Source: Macrostomum lignano (Eukaryota). Taken from it: a DNA stretch of 64,000 bases. How positions within the stretch are numbered: position 1 is the stretch's first letter; the number at the start of each line of letters is the position of its first letter. The notes beneath the pieces were generated by a model. It was given only the letters and a program-made list of their open reading frames with translations, was not told the origin of the DNA and made no database searches. The position numbers and the translations under genes are program-made. This document shows, in pieces, positions 1-12,344 of the stretch. The DNA is taken from NCBI GenBank assembly GCA_002269645.1, contig NIVC01000493.1, forward strand, positions 434,001 to 498,000. The letters are read 5' to 3'.

Positions 1-614
1 CTTACAGCAAATCAATTAAAGTAAAAAGTTATGACATAATGAATTTCTCAGTCAGCCAGTATCAGTCTCAATTTGAGTTAGTAATATTGGTTACGCAATT
101 TAAATCAAGTCGTGTGTGCATTTCTTCGGCACTGTTTTCAACTTGTTGTGATGCAATCTTTATCACAATCGGAATTCAGCCAGTCAGTTTTTTCTCTAGC
201 ATTCTTACAATGAATTTTAGGTCGAAAGAGCTGCTTGACCTTTGCAAAAAAGCATGTTTATTGGTTACGCAATTTAAATCAAGTCGTGTGTGCATTTCTT
301 CGGCACTGTTTTCAACTTGTTGTGATGCAATCTTTATCACAATCGGAATTCAGCCAGTCAGTTTTTTCTCTAGCATTCTTACAATGAATTTTAGGTCGAA
401 AGAGCTGCTTGACCTTTGCAAAAAAAGCATGTTTTTCGAATATTTAATCCCTTTAAAATTGAGCAATTTCTTAGCCAAGATGCATGTACCGTCCCAGGAA
501 AATTTCTGATCAAATGGTGCAAGTTTGAAGAAAATCGGTTGAGCCATTTTTTCTGAAATCTATCGCATACCTACCCACATACATACATACAGACAACTCA
601 TTTTTAGTATATTG
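1..614 (+). mobile_element. 3' part of a non-autonomous Helitron/Helentron (DINE-1/Lep1-like) interspersed repeat, with an internal 174-bp tandem duplication
   Basis: Near-identical to 7298-7731; its last ~140 bp recur at 9377-9518. All copies end in ...AAAATCGGTTGAGCC...CATACATACAGACAACTCATTTTTAGT(A/G)TAT. Segment 86-259 is repeated at 260-433. The family assignment rests on recalled end architecture, not a database hit. Confidence 0.5.
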
Positions 615-744
615 GACTAGCAATCTTCGCCCCCCGATGGGGGACATCTGGTTAGAATCCTTGTTCTTTACAAATAACAAATAGACAGCGAACTAAAGCC
701 TTCAAAAAACAACAACAGACATTCCCTCTAAAAACAAAACATCC

Positions 745-990
745 CAAGACAGCAAGCATCCTCAGACAGCATTCAAGCATCGATCCCAAAATAGCAAGCA
801 TCCCCCAGGTAGCAAGCATCCCCCGATAGCAAGCAACCCCAGATAGCAAGCATCCGCAGATAGCAAGCATTCCCCAGACCCCAGATAGTAAGCATCCCCC
901 AGATAGCAAGCATCCCCCAGATCGCAAGCATCCCCCAGATCGCAAGCATCCCCCAGATAGCAAGCACCCCAAATAGTAAGCATCCACCAT
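745..990. repeat. ~18-bp minisatellite (CCCCAGATAGCAAGCATC)n
   Basis: About 13 degenerate tandem copies read directly; explains ORFs 652-990, 762-983 and 773-994. Confidence 0.9.
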
Positions 991-1094
991 ACAATAAGTA
1001 AAGTAGCTAGTGCTACAATTTCCTTAGCTCTATAGTGGCTCCTTTAAAATTGGCATGACGCTTACTTTTACGTTTGAAATTGTGTAAATTTTAT

Positions 1095-4000
1095 GTTTGA
1101 CATGGTGGCTCTTTAATGTTTGACATGGTGGCTTTTTAATGTTTGACATGGTGGCTCTTTAATGTTTGACATGGTGGCTCTTTTATGTTCTACATGGTGG
1201 CTCTCTTATGTTTGATTCAGGGTTTTTTTAATGTCTGACATGGTGTCTCTTTATTGTTTGACATGGTGGCGTTTTACTGTTTGACATTATGGCTCTTTAA
1301 TTTTTGACATGGTGGCTCTTTTATGTTGGACATGGTGGCTCTTTTTTGCTTGACATGGTGGCTCTTTACTGTTTGACATGGTGGCTCTTTAATGTTCGAA
1401 ATGGTGGCTCTTTAATGTTTGACATGATGGCTCTTTTATGTTTGACATGGTGGCTCTTTTATGTTGGACATAGTGGTTCTTTAATGTTCGACATTGGTTG
1501 CTCTTTTATGTTCAAAAAGGTGGCTTTTTAATGTTAGACATGGTGGCTCTTTAATGTTCGACATGGTGGCTCTTTAATGTTAGACATGGTGGCTCTTTAT
1601 TGTTCGACATGATGGCTCTTTAATGTTTGACATTGCGGCTCTTTAATGTTTGACATGGTGGCTCCTTTATGTTTGACATGGTGGCTCTTTTTTGATTGAC
1701 ATGGTGGCTCCTTTATGTTTGACATGATGGCTCTTTTATGTTTGACATGGTGGCTCTTTAATGTTTTACGTGGTGGCTCTTTAATGTTCTTCATGGTAGC
1801 TCTTTTATGTTTGACATGGAGTCACGAATATACTTGACATGGTGACTCGTTATTGTTCGACATGGTGGCTCTTCTATGTTTGACATGGTAGCACTTTAAT
1901 GTTTGACATGCTAGCTCTATAATGTTTGACATGGAGTCACATATATGTTGGACATGGTGGCTCTTTAATGTTCGACATGGTGGCTCTTTAATGTTTGACA
2001 TGGTGGCTCTTCAATGTTTGACATGATGGCTCTTCAATGTTTGACATTGCGGCTCTTTAATGTTTGACATGGTGGCTCCTTTATGTTTGACATGGTGGCT
2101 GTTTTAAGTTTGACATGGTGGCTCTTTTTTGATTGACATGGTGGCTCCTTTATGTTTGACATGATGGCTCTTTTATGTTTGACATGGTGGCTCTTTTATG
2201 TTTGACATGGTGGCTGTTTTATGTTTGACATGGTGGCTCTTCTATGTTTGACATGGTGGCTCTTTAATGTTCTACATGGTGGCTCTCTTATGTTTGATTC
2301 GGGTTTTTTTAATGTCTGACATGGTGTCCCTTTATTGTTTGACATAGTGGCTCTTTTATGTTTGACATGATGGCTCTTTAATGTTCGACATGGTGGCTCT
2401 TTAATGTTTGACATGGTGGCTCTTTAATGTTTGACCTGGTGGCACCTTAATGTAATGATGGCTCTTTAATGTTTGAAATGGTGGCTCTTTAATGTTCGAC
2501 ATGGTGGCTCCTTTATGTTTAACATGGTGCTCTTAAATGTTTGACATCGTGGCTCTTTAATGTTTGACATGGTGGCTCTCTAGTGTTTCACATGGAGTCA
2601 CGTCTGTGTTTGACATGGAGTCACGTATATATTTGGCATGGAGTCACGTATATGCTTTTCATGGTGGCTCTTTTATGTTTGACATGGTGGGTCTTTAATG
2701 TTTGACATGGTGGCTCTTTAATTTTTGACATGATGGCTCTTTAATGTTCGACATGATGGCTGTTTAATGTTTGACATGGTGGCTCTTTTATGTTCTACAT
2801 GGTGGCTCTCTTATGTTTGATTCAGGGTTTTTTTAATGTCTGACATGGTGTCTCTTTATTGTTTGACATGGTGGCGTTTTACTGTTTGACATTATGGCTC
2901 TTTAATTTTTGACATGGTGGCTCTTTTATGTTTGAAATGGTGGCTCTTTATGTTAGACATGGTGGCTCTTTAATGTTCGACATGGTGGCTCTTTAATGTT
3001 AGACATGATGGCTCTTTAATGTTTGACATTGCGGCTCTTTTAATGTTTGACATGGTGGCTCTTTTATGTTGGACATGGTGGCTCTTTTTTGCTTGACATG
3101 GTGGCTCTTTACTGTTTGACATGGTGGCTCTTTAATGTTCGAAATGGTGGCTCTTTAATGTTTGACATGATGGCTCTTTTATGTTTGACATGGTGGCTCT
3201 TTTATGTTGGACATAGTGGTTCTTTAATGTTCGACATTGGTTGCTCTTTTATGTTCAAAAAGGTGGCTTTTTAATGTTAGACATGGTGGCTCTTTAATGT
3301 TCGACATGGTGGCTCTTTAATGTTAGACATGGTGGCTCTTTATTGTTCGACATGATGGCTCTTTAATGTTTGACATTGCGGCTCTTTAATGTTTGACATG
3401 GTGGCTCCTTTATGTTTGACATGGTGGCTCTTTTTGATTGACATGGTGGCTCCTTTATGTTTGACATGATGGCTCTTTTATGTTTGACATGGTGGCTCTT
3501 TAATGTTTTACGTGGTGGCTCTTTAATGTTCTTCATGGTAGCTCTTTTATGTTTGACATGGAGTCACGAATATACTTGACATGGTGACTCGTTATTGTTC
3601 GACATGGTGGCTCTTCTATGTTTGACATGGTAGCACTTTAATGTTTGACATGCTAGCTCTATAATGTTTGACATGGAGTCACATATATGTTGGACATGGT
3701 GGCTCTTTAATGTTCGACATGGTGGCTCTTTAATGTTTGACATGGTGGCTCTTCAATGTTTGACATGATGGCTCTTCAATGTTTGACATTGCGGCTCTTT
3801 AATGTTTGACATGGTGGCTCCTTTATGTTTGACTTGGTGGCTGTTTTAAGTTTGACATGGTGGCTCTTTTTTGATTGACATGGTGGCTCCTTTATGTTTG
3901 ACATGATGGCTCTTTTATGTTTGACATGGTGGCTCTTTTATGTTTGACATGGTGGCTGTTTTATGTTTGACATGGTGGCTCTTCTATGTTTGACATGGTG

Positions 4001-7000
4001 GCTCTTTAATGTTCTACATGGTGGCTCTCTTATGTTTGATTCGGGTTTTTTTAATGTCTGACATGGTGTCCCTTTATTGTTTGACATAGTGGCTCTTTTA
4101 TGTTTGACATGATGGCTCTTTAATGTTCGACATGGTGGCTCTTTAATGTTTGACATGGTGGCTCTTTAATGTTTGACCTGGTGGCACCTTAATGTAATGA
4201 TGGCTCTTTAATGTTTGAAATGGTGGCTCTTTAATGTTCGACATGGTGGCTCCTTTATGTTTAACATGGTGCTCTTAAATGTTTGACATCGTGGCTCTTT
4301 AATGTTTGACATGGTGGCTCTCTAGTGTTTCACATGGAGTCACGTCTGTGTTTGACATGGAGTCACGTATATATTTGGCATGGAGTCACGTATATGCTTT
4401 TCATGGTGGCTCTTTTATGTTTGACATGGTGGGTCTTTAATGTTTGACATGGTGGCTCTTTAATTTTTGACATGATGGCTCTTTAATGTTCGACATGATG
4501 GCTGTTTAATGTTTGTTATGTAGTCATGTGTATATGTTTTACATGGTGGCTCTTTTATGTGTGACATGGAGTCACGTATATATTTGACATGGAGTCACAT
4601 ATATGTTTGACATGATGGCTCTTTTATGTTTGACATGGTGGCTCTTTTATGTTTGACATGGTGGCTGTTTTATGTTTGACATGGTGGCTCTTCTATGTTT
4701 GACATGGTGGCTCTTTAATGTTCTACATGGTGGCTCTCTTATGTTTGATTCGGGTTTTTTTTAATGTCTGACATGGTGTCCCTTTATTGTTTGACATAGT
4801 GGCTCTTTTATGTTTGACATGATGGCTCTTTAATGTTCGACATGGTGGCTCTTTAATGTTTGACATGGTGGCTCTTTAATGTTTGACCTGGTGGCACCTT
4901 AATGTAATGATGGCTCTTTAATGTTTGAAATGGCGGCTCTTTAATGTTCGACATGGTGGCTCCTTTATGTTTAACATGGTGCTCTTAAATGTTTGACATC
5001 GTGGCTCTTTAATGTTTGACATGGTGGCTCTCTAGTGTTTCACATGGAGTCACGTCTGTGTTTGACATGGAGCCACGTATATATTTGGCATGGAGTCACG
5101 TATATGCTTTTCATGGTGGCTCTTTTATGTTTGACATGGTGGGTCTTTAATGTTTGACATGGTGGCTCTTTAATTTTTGACATGATGGCTCTTTAATGTT
5201 CGACATGATGGCTGTTTAATGTTTGTTATGTAGTCATGTGTATATGTTTTACATGGTGGCTCTTTTATGTGTGACATGGAGTCACGTATATATTTGACAT
5301 GGAGTCACATATATGTTTGACATGATGGCTCTTTTATGTTTGACATGGTGGCTCTTTTATGTTTGACATGGTGGCTGTTTTATGTTTGACATGGTGGCTC
5401 TTCTATGTTTGACATGGTGGCTCTTTAATGTTCTACATGGTGGCTCTCTTATGTTTGATTCGGGTTTTTTTTAATGTCTGACATGGTGTCCCTTTATTGT
5501 TTGACATAGTGGCTCTTTTATGTTTGACATGATGGCTCTTTAATGTTCGACATGGTGGCTCTTTAATGTTTGACATGGTGGCTCTTTAATGTTTGACCTG
5601 GTGGCACCTTAATGTAATGATGGCTCTTTAATGTTTGAAATGGTGGCTCTTTAATGTTCGACATGGTGGCTCCTTTATGTTTAACATGGTGCTCTTAAAT
5701 GTTTGACATCGTGGCTCTTTAATGTTTGACATGGTGGCTCTCTAGTGTTTCACATGGAGTCACGTCTGTGTTTGACATGGAGTCACGTATATATTTGGCA
5801 TGGAGTCACGTATATGCTTTTCATGGTGGCTCTTTTATGTTTGACATGGTGGGTCTTTAATGTTTGACATGGTGGCTCTTTAATTTTTGACATGATGGCT
5901 CTTTAATGTTCGACATGATGGCTGTTTAATGTTTGTTATGTAGTCATGTGTATATGTTTTACATGGTGGCTCTTTTATGTGTGACATGGAGTCACGTATA
6001 TATTTGACATGGAGTCACATATATGTTTGACATGGTGGCTCTTTAGTGTTCGATATGGTGGCTGTTTAATGTTTGACATAGTGGCTATTTTATGTTTGAC
6101 ATAGTGGCTCTTTAATGTCTGACATGGTGGCTCTTTAATGTTTGACATGGTGGCTCTTTTATGTTCGACATGGTGGCTCTTTAATGTACGACATAATGGC
6201 TCGTTTATTTTCGACATGGTGGCTCTTTAGTGTTTGACATGGCTTTTTAATGTTTGACATGGTGGCTCTTTTATGCTTGACATGGTGGCTCTTTAACGTT
6301 CGACATGGTGGCTCTTTAATGTTTGACATGGTGGCTCTTTTATGCTTGACATGGTGGCTCTTTAATGTTTGACATAAAGTCACTTATACATGGTGTCTCT
6401 TAAATATTAGACATGGTGGCTCGTTTAGGTTTGACATGTTGGCTCTTTTATGTTTGACATGGTGGCTCTTTTATGTTCGACATGGTGGCTCTTTTTTGTT
6501 CTACATGGTAACTCTTTTATGTTTGATACGGTGGCTTTTTAATATCTGACATGGTGGCTCATCTATGTTTGACATTGTGGCTCTTCTGTGTTTGACATGG
6601 TGGCTGTTTAATGTTTGACATGGTGGCTCTTTAATGTACGACATAATGGCTCGTTTAAGTTGGACATGGTGGCTTTTTAATGTTTGACATGGTAGCTCTG
6701 TTATGTTCGACATGGTGGCTCTTTTAGGTTTGACATGGTGGCTCTTAAATGTTTCACATGGTGGCTCTTAAATGTCTTACATGGTGGCTCTTTTATGTTT
6801 GACAATGTGGCTGTTTAATGTTTTACATGGCGGCTCTTTTATGTTCGACATGGTGGCTCTTTAATGTTTGACATGCTAGCTCTTTAATGTTCGACATAGT
6901 GGCTCTTTTATGTTTGGCATGGTGGCTATTTAATGTTCTTCATGGTGGCTCTTTTACGTTTGACATGGTGGGTCTTTAATGTTCGACGTGGTGGCTCTTT

Positions 7001-7140
7001 AATTTTCGAAATGGTGACTCTTTTATGTTTCACATGGTGGCTCTTTAATGTTTGACATAGAGTGACGTATATGTTTTACATGGTGCCCATGTAATGTTTG
7101 ACATGGTGCCTCTTTTATGTTTGACATTGTGCTTTTTTAT
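1095..7140. repeat. 23-bp satellite (TGTTTGACATGGTGGCTCTTTAA)n, ~260 units, with higher-order repeats
   Basis: Unit read directly. The variant landmark GATTCGGGTTTT recurs at 2296, 4038, 4747 and 5457 (spacings 1742, 709, 710). Confidence 0.97.
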
Positions 7141-7186
7141 GTTTAGCAGTTTCGTGTTTTCAAGGTGTTTTAATAAAAAAATCTTT

Positions 7187-7255
7187 TTGCAGCACTAAGA
7201 TTGGAACCCAGGTCGCTGCATTAGCAGTCCAGTCTGTTCGCATCTATGCTATCTC
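7187..7255 (-). pseudogene. Degenerate tRNA-like sequence (tRNA pseudogene or SINE head)
   Basis: Minus strand reads GAGATAGCATAGATGCGAACAGACTGGACTGCTAATGCAGCGACCTGGGTTCCAATCTTAGTGCTGC: A-box-like TAGCATAGATG, loop CTGCTAA (GCT), B-box-like GGTTCCAATC, followed by a T6 run. The acceptor stem does not pair. Confidence 0.45.
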
Positions 7256-7297
7256 TTTTCAATTGGCGAACATGATTTGTGGCCCTTATAATTCAAT

Positions 7298-7731
7298 GCT
7301 TACAGCAAGTTGGTTAGAGTAAAAAGTTATGACATAATCAATTTCTTAGTCAGCCAGTATCAGTGTCAATTTAAGTTAGCAATATTGTTACGCAATTTCA
7401 ATCAAGTTGTGTGTGCATTTCTTTGGCACTGTTTTCAACTTGTTGTGATGCAATCTTTATCAGAATTGAAATTCAGTCAGTCAGTTTTTTCTCTAGCATT
7501 CTTACAATGCATTTCAGATCGAAAGAGCCGCTTGACCTTTGCAAAAAAGCCTGTTTTTCGAATATTTAATCCCTTTAATATTGAGCAATTTTTTAGCCAA
7601 GATGCATGTACCGTCCCAGGAAAATTTCTGATCGAATGGTGCAAGTTTGAAGAAAATCGGTTGAGCCATTTTTTCTGAAATCTATCGCATACCTACCCAC
7701 ATACATACAGACAACTCATTTTTAGTATATA
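7298..7731 (+). mobile_element. Second copy of the Helitron/DINE-like repeat 3' region
   Basis: Diverged direct copy of 1-614 without the 174-bp duplication; same terminal motif. Confidence 0.5.
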
Positions 7732-7819
7732 CGAGGCCAACTCCTCCTTCGGAGAAGAAAGGGGAAGAACTCCAATCAGCGGAATTCCATTCCCTGAACT
7801 CCATCAGCGGAATCCCATT

Positions 7820-7960
7820 TTCCAACACCTCTCCGCGCAACAGAAATCGTCTCCGTGAAACTGAACACTATCGAAATCCTCTCCGTGAAACTGAACACCA
7901 TCGAAATATACTCCGCGAAATAGAAATCCTCTCCGTGAAACTGGACTAAATCGAAATTTC
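7820..7960. repeat. Short ~33-bp tandem repeat (CTCCGTGAAACTGAACAC(T/C)ATCGAAAT...)
   Basis: 3-4 degenerate copies read directly. Confidence 0.7.
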
Positions 7961-7994
7961 TACGTCAAACAGCCCAGCTCTCAGAATTCATTGG

Positions 7995-8016
7995 TTAGGG
8001 TTAGGGTTAGGGTTAG
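7995..8016 (+). repeat. Interstitial telomere-like (TTAGGG)3 TTAG
   Basis: Perfect TTAGGGTTAGGGTTAGGGTTAG. Confidence 0.85.
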
Positions 8017-8128
8017 AGCTACACACAGCTGCGTGTTGAAAGGCGCCGTAAAAACATTGAACCAATTAAATTGCGCAACTTATTTCTCAGGCAGTCAGTA
8101 TCAGCCTCAGTTAAAGTTAACAAAAAGA

Positions 8129-9050
8129 TTGCGCAATCTAAATCAACCCTCAAATACACAGCAACCGACCCCCCTTCCAATATGCAGTGCAGCTAGAAAT
8201 TGAACCCCCCCCCCCTCACCAACTATTGGGGGGGTCGGTCGAACCCCCATTGAACTCCAAAATGAGAACAATCTTTGCAGAAAGCTAAAAGTATGAAAAT
8301 CTTTTCTTGAATGCTGTGAATTTAATTTTCATATTTAAAGCAAAAAACTTATATCCCCGAACTCATCGCAGCAAGATCTTTCCAGCAATATAAGTCTCTC
8401 CTCTCTAAGTTCAAAACTCGAGCAACAGTTAGTGTTTGAAACTTTCTGATTTTAAGCATTGAAATATCGAGTGTACGTTCACTGGCTGCAACAGTGAATT
8501 GCAATTGTCTATACAGTCAGCCCGTGCGCCAAGGTCCAAGTGCACACGAAATGATTGCGCAATCTAAATCAACCCTCCAATACACAGCGACTGACCCCCT
8601 TCCGCAGTGGCAATTAAAAGTTGAACCGCCCCCCCCTCCCACCAACTGTTGGGGGGTTGGTCGAACCCCATTGAACCCCAAAATGAGTACAATCTTTCCA
8701 GAAAGTAAAAAGTATGGAAGTTGTTTTCGATCGCTGTGTTTTTTCTTTTCACATTTAAAACAAACAACTTATATCCCCGAACTCAGTGTTGCAAGATCTT
8801 TCCAGCAATATAAGTCTATTCTTTTAAAGTTTAGAACTCGAGCAACAGTTAGCGTTTGAAATGTCCCGATTTAAAGCATTGAAGTATCGAGTGTACGTTC
8901 ACCTGCCTGCTAAAAAGGCTCGCATGTTGATGCATTGAATTTCAGTGTGCAAAAAATACACCGGGCTGCCTAATTGAAAATCAGAGCACGTATCGTTGCG
9001 CAATTGTCTATACAGTCAGCCCGTGCGCCAAGGTCCAAGTGCACACACGC
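8129..9050. repeat. Diverged ~426-bp tandem duplication within an interspersed repeat
   Basis: TTGCGCAATCTAAATCAACCCTC at 8129 and 8555; GCAATTGTCTATACAGTCAGCCCGTGCGCCAAGGTCCAAGTGCACAC at ~8500 and ~9000. Confidence 0.8.
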
Positions 9051-9312
9051 CGCCACTGAGAACGCGAGCACCCCCACTGGAGAGAAAATACACTGCAGAG
9101 ATAGGAGAAAGTTATGGCGCAATCGCTCAAAATTCATGCAAATTTTTAGCTCCAAGCAGAAAGAGGGGACAAATAAGATTATCAAAGGTCAAGATTGCAG
9201 TTTTTTGCTTTTTTCGGGATCTTAAAATGTAAAAATAAAAAATTGAAATAGCCCACTGCCATCCTCGGAAAATTTGCAGTTTTCCCATATAAGTTTCGAC
9301 GCTGACTTGCAA

Positions 9313-9520
9313 GTCGTCTAGGAGGAGATATGTATCACACAGACAAACAACGCACCAGTTTTAGTATTAAGAGGATTTAGCCAAGATGCATGTACCGTCC
9401 CAGGAAAATTTCTGATCGAATGGTGCAAGTTTGAAGAAAATCGGTTGAGCCATTTTTTCTGAAATCTATCGCATACCTACCCACATACATACAGACAACT
9501 CATTTTTAGTGTATAGGATT
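9313..9520 (+). mobile_element. Two stacked Helitron/DINE-like 3' ends
   Basis: ACAGACAAACAACGCACCAGTTTTAGTATTAAGAGGAT (to ~9376) is immediately followed by a copy of the end seen at 475-614 and 7597-7731. Confidence 0.5.
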
Positions 9521-9889
9521 AATAAAATTCACTTTGAATTAACAAAACTCAAGCAAAATCCTCGTATTTCTACTCAAAGTAATAAAATTAGTTTGGTTCA
9601 TAAATTTAACACTGCACATTTATTTACAGAAACGAATGTAAATATCCGCTCTGCGATCTCCCGAAAATGAACTGATAGAGCGATCGATTTTCAGATAATC
9701 GTTTGATGCTGCAAAATAACACGGCGTGCTTAGTGCGCACTGGAATACTAAATATTTCTGCAACGAATACACTGTGATTTTTCTTGCGCTTTTATCACAC
9801 AGAGAAGTCAGACTCTGAAGGATCTGTTTGACTAGATTATTATATTTTACTTGCTCTCTCACACACTGAATGTGCGAATCTGCTCCCTC

Positions 9890-10650
9890 AGTGCTTGAGA
9901 ATCTGCCTCTCTGCTCCGTCAGTGCTTGAGAATCTGCCTTTCTGCTCCGTCAGTGATTGATAATCTGCCTCTCTGCTCCCTCAGTGATTGAGAATCTGCC
10001 TCTCTGCTCCGTCAGTGCTTGAGAATCTGCCTCTCTGCTCCCTCAGTGATTGAGAAACTGCCTTTCTGCTCCGTCAGTGATTGATAATCTGCCTCTCTGC
10101 TCCGTCAGTGCTTGAGAATCTGCCTCTCTGCTCCGTCAGTGATTGAGAATCTGCCTTTCTGCTCCCGTCAGTGATTGAGAATCTGCCTTTATGCTCCCTC
10201 AGTGATTGAGAATCTGCCTCTCTGCTCCCTCAGTGATTGAGAATCTGCCTTTCTGCTCCGTCAGTGATTGATAATCTGCCTCTCTGCTCCGTCAGTGCTT
10301 GAGAATCTGCCTCTCTGCTCCGTCAGTGATTGAGAATCTGCCTTTCTGCTCCCGTCAGTGATTGAGAATCTGCCTTTATGCTCCCTCAGTGATTGAGAAT
10401 CTGCCTTTATGCTCCCTCAGTGATTGGGAATCTGCCTTTATGCTCCCTCAGTGATTGAGAATCTGCCTTTATGCTCCCTCAGTGATTGAGAATCTGCCTT
10501 TATGCTCCCTCAGTGATTGAGAATCTGCCTTTATGCTCCCTCAGTGCTTGAGAATCTGCCTCTCTGCTCCCTCAGTGATTGAGAATCTGCCTCTCTGCTC
10601 CCTCAGTGCTTGAGAATCTGCCTCTCTGCTCCCTCAGTGATTGGGAAACT
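9890..10650. repeat. ~30-bp minisatellite (CTCAGTGATTGAGAATCTGCCTCTCTGCTC)n
   Basis: About 25 tandem copies just 3' of the minus-strand gene. Confidence 0.95.
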
Positions 10651-10837
10651 GCCCCCAAGGTCAATTAAAACGTTATTATCTCATTTCAGAATGCATTCGC
10701 AAGGCAACTAATTAAAAATGTAAGTGAGCTAATGACTCAGTACTATCTACTGATCACTATCAGTAGATAGTACTATCACTGACATTACTATCTATCGTAC
10801 ATCAGGTTTGGAACGCTGTACAGAATTGGCTGCCACG

Positions 10838-12203
10838 CTACACCACAATGTAGTGCAAATCGTACGGGTCCACCACCGACGGCAGTTCGCCTCGACGACT
10901 TCGTGGTGGAGGCCTCGGCGCCACCGCCCGCATCTCCATCTGCGCCTGCCGCTCCCGCCCGCTGCGCTCCACTGGCGCCGACGGAGCTTTGAAATGCAAC
11001 AACGAAGGCGTCTTCATCGCCGACTGTTTCATCCGTGGCGGTGCTGACGGGCGCGGCAGGCAGGACTGCGGCGGCAGGACCAGCTGGGCGTACACAACCC
11101 GATCCGGCGACTCTGCTGCTGCCGATGGTCGTTCGAGCAGCTCCTCGATGGTGTCCGGCGATGGCTGGTTCAACAGCCGGGTGTAGCTGCACCGCGACGA
11201 GGCGGCAGCGGACGGCACGGAGGCACGTCGGCTGCGCCACTCGGTGTAGTCGCCGCTGGCAGCCGCCGCCGCTGGCGCCGCTGGCGACCGCACACTCCGA
11301 CGCAAGCAGACGTCGCCGAGCTCAATATTGACGACTGTTTCTTTCTCCTCTCTCGCCTCGTCCAGCGAAGGCAGCTGACGGCTGCCTCGTCGTCGACTTC
11401 TAGGCGGAGGCGTCGGTGGCGGCGGCTGACTGCCGCTACCGCTGCTACTGCTGCGCCGATCTCGTTCGCCGGTCTCGCTGTCAACGCTATCGCTAGCCTT
11501 GCTGCTGGGGGTTGGCGTCGACCTGACGGGCGGAAGTGGCGGCGGCGGCGTCGATGGCGAAGTAATGACGGTCGCTGAGGCAGCCAGAGTGGCCACGGTG
11601 GCGGCCCGGGCCGGCGGGGTTGGCGGGCAGGATGGGTAGGAGTAGTAAGCTTCATTGCCGCCACCCCCGCCTCCACTTGCCGCAACCGACAGCGGCCTCT
11701 CATCATTGTCGGCTTCTTCGTCCGCTTCGTTGTCGGCCGCATCAGCCTCTTCGGCCCCGTCGTCGCCTGGTTTGTAGTCGTAGTTCTCGTCAATGTCCAG
11801 CCGACGTTGCTGAGCGCATAGCCGCGCCAGAGCGGCGACAAGCGCGAGCGGTAGGGCGGCGAGCGCCAGCCAGCGGAGCCGGTCCAGCACCCACGCACCC
11901 GACGGCAGGAGGCCGCCGGCGCCGCTGCTGCCCCAGCCAGTCAGGTTCCCAAACACGGGGCATCTCTCGGGATCGTTGAACGAGTCGAAGCAATCATCGC
12001 GTTGCGAGCAGCCGCCGGGTGCCAGGCAGATGCCGGCGGCCTGCCGATTTGGCTGGCACCAGGAGTGGCCGTGCCGCTTGCAGAGATCCTGCCGGACCGT
12101 CTCATTCAAGCCGTCCTTGTATTTGGCGTACGCGGCCGCCGTGATGTTGACGGGGTTGTTGAGCCGGGCGGGCCCGCTGCTGCTCCAGTAAAGTCGGACG
12201 TAT
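10838..12203 (-). CDS. Exon 2 of a type I membrane protein: end of CUB-like region, LDLa-like module, TM, Pro/Ser-rich cytoplasmic tail
   Basis: Acceptor CCCGCAG at 12204, phase 2, joins exon 1 in frame (..LKYR-YVRLYW..). Six-Cys module CKRHGHSWC..GICLAPGGCSQRDDCFDSFNDPERC; hydrophobic WLALAALPLALVAALARLC; stop at 10838. Confidence 0.8.
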
Positions 12204-12344
12204 CTGCGGGGGATTGAAAAAGTCATGAGAGTCAATTACTGATGACGTTGACTCGAGCGTATCTTTATGCATTCGAGCAGAGTGACAAACCGATAAATTA
12301 TTCTGCGTTGACAGTGGGAGCGAAATTCACTCTCAATTAAGAGG

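Noticed and set aside
39-509. 156-aa ORF (and its relative at 7310-7678)
   Set aside because: Lies in an interspersed repeat; its internal peptide repeat comes from the 174-bp duplication; no domain motifs.
1095-7140. Regularly spaced 23-bp units as a CRISPR array (also considered for the 36-, 38-, 44- and 50-bp arrays)
   Set aside because: Units are head-to-tail with no unique spacers, there are no cas genes, and the context is eukaryotic.
10788-12217. Overlapping alternative-frame and antisense ORFs around the membrane-protein exon (likewise around the WNK, piggyBac and PolB exons)
   Set aside because: Shadow ORFs of GC-rich coding DNA; only the main frames have motifs and splice consistency.
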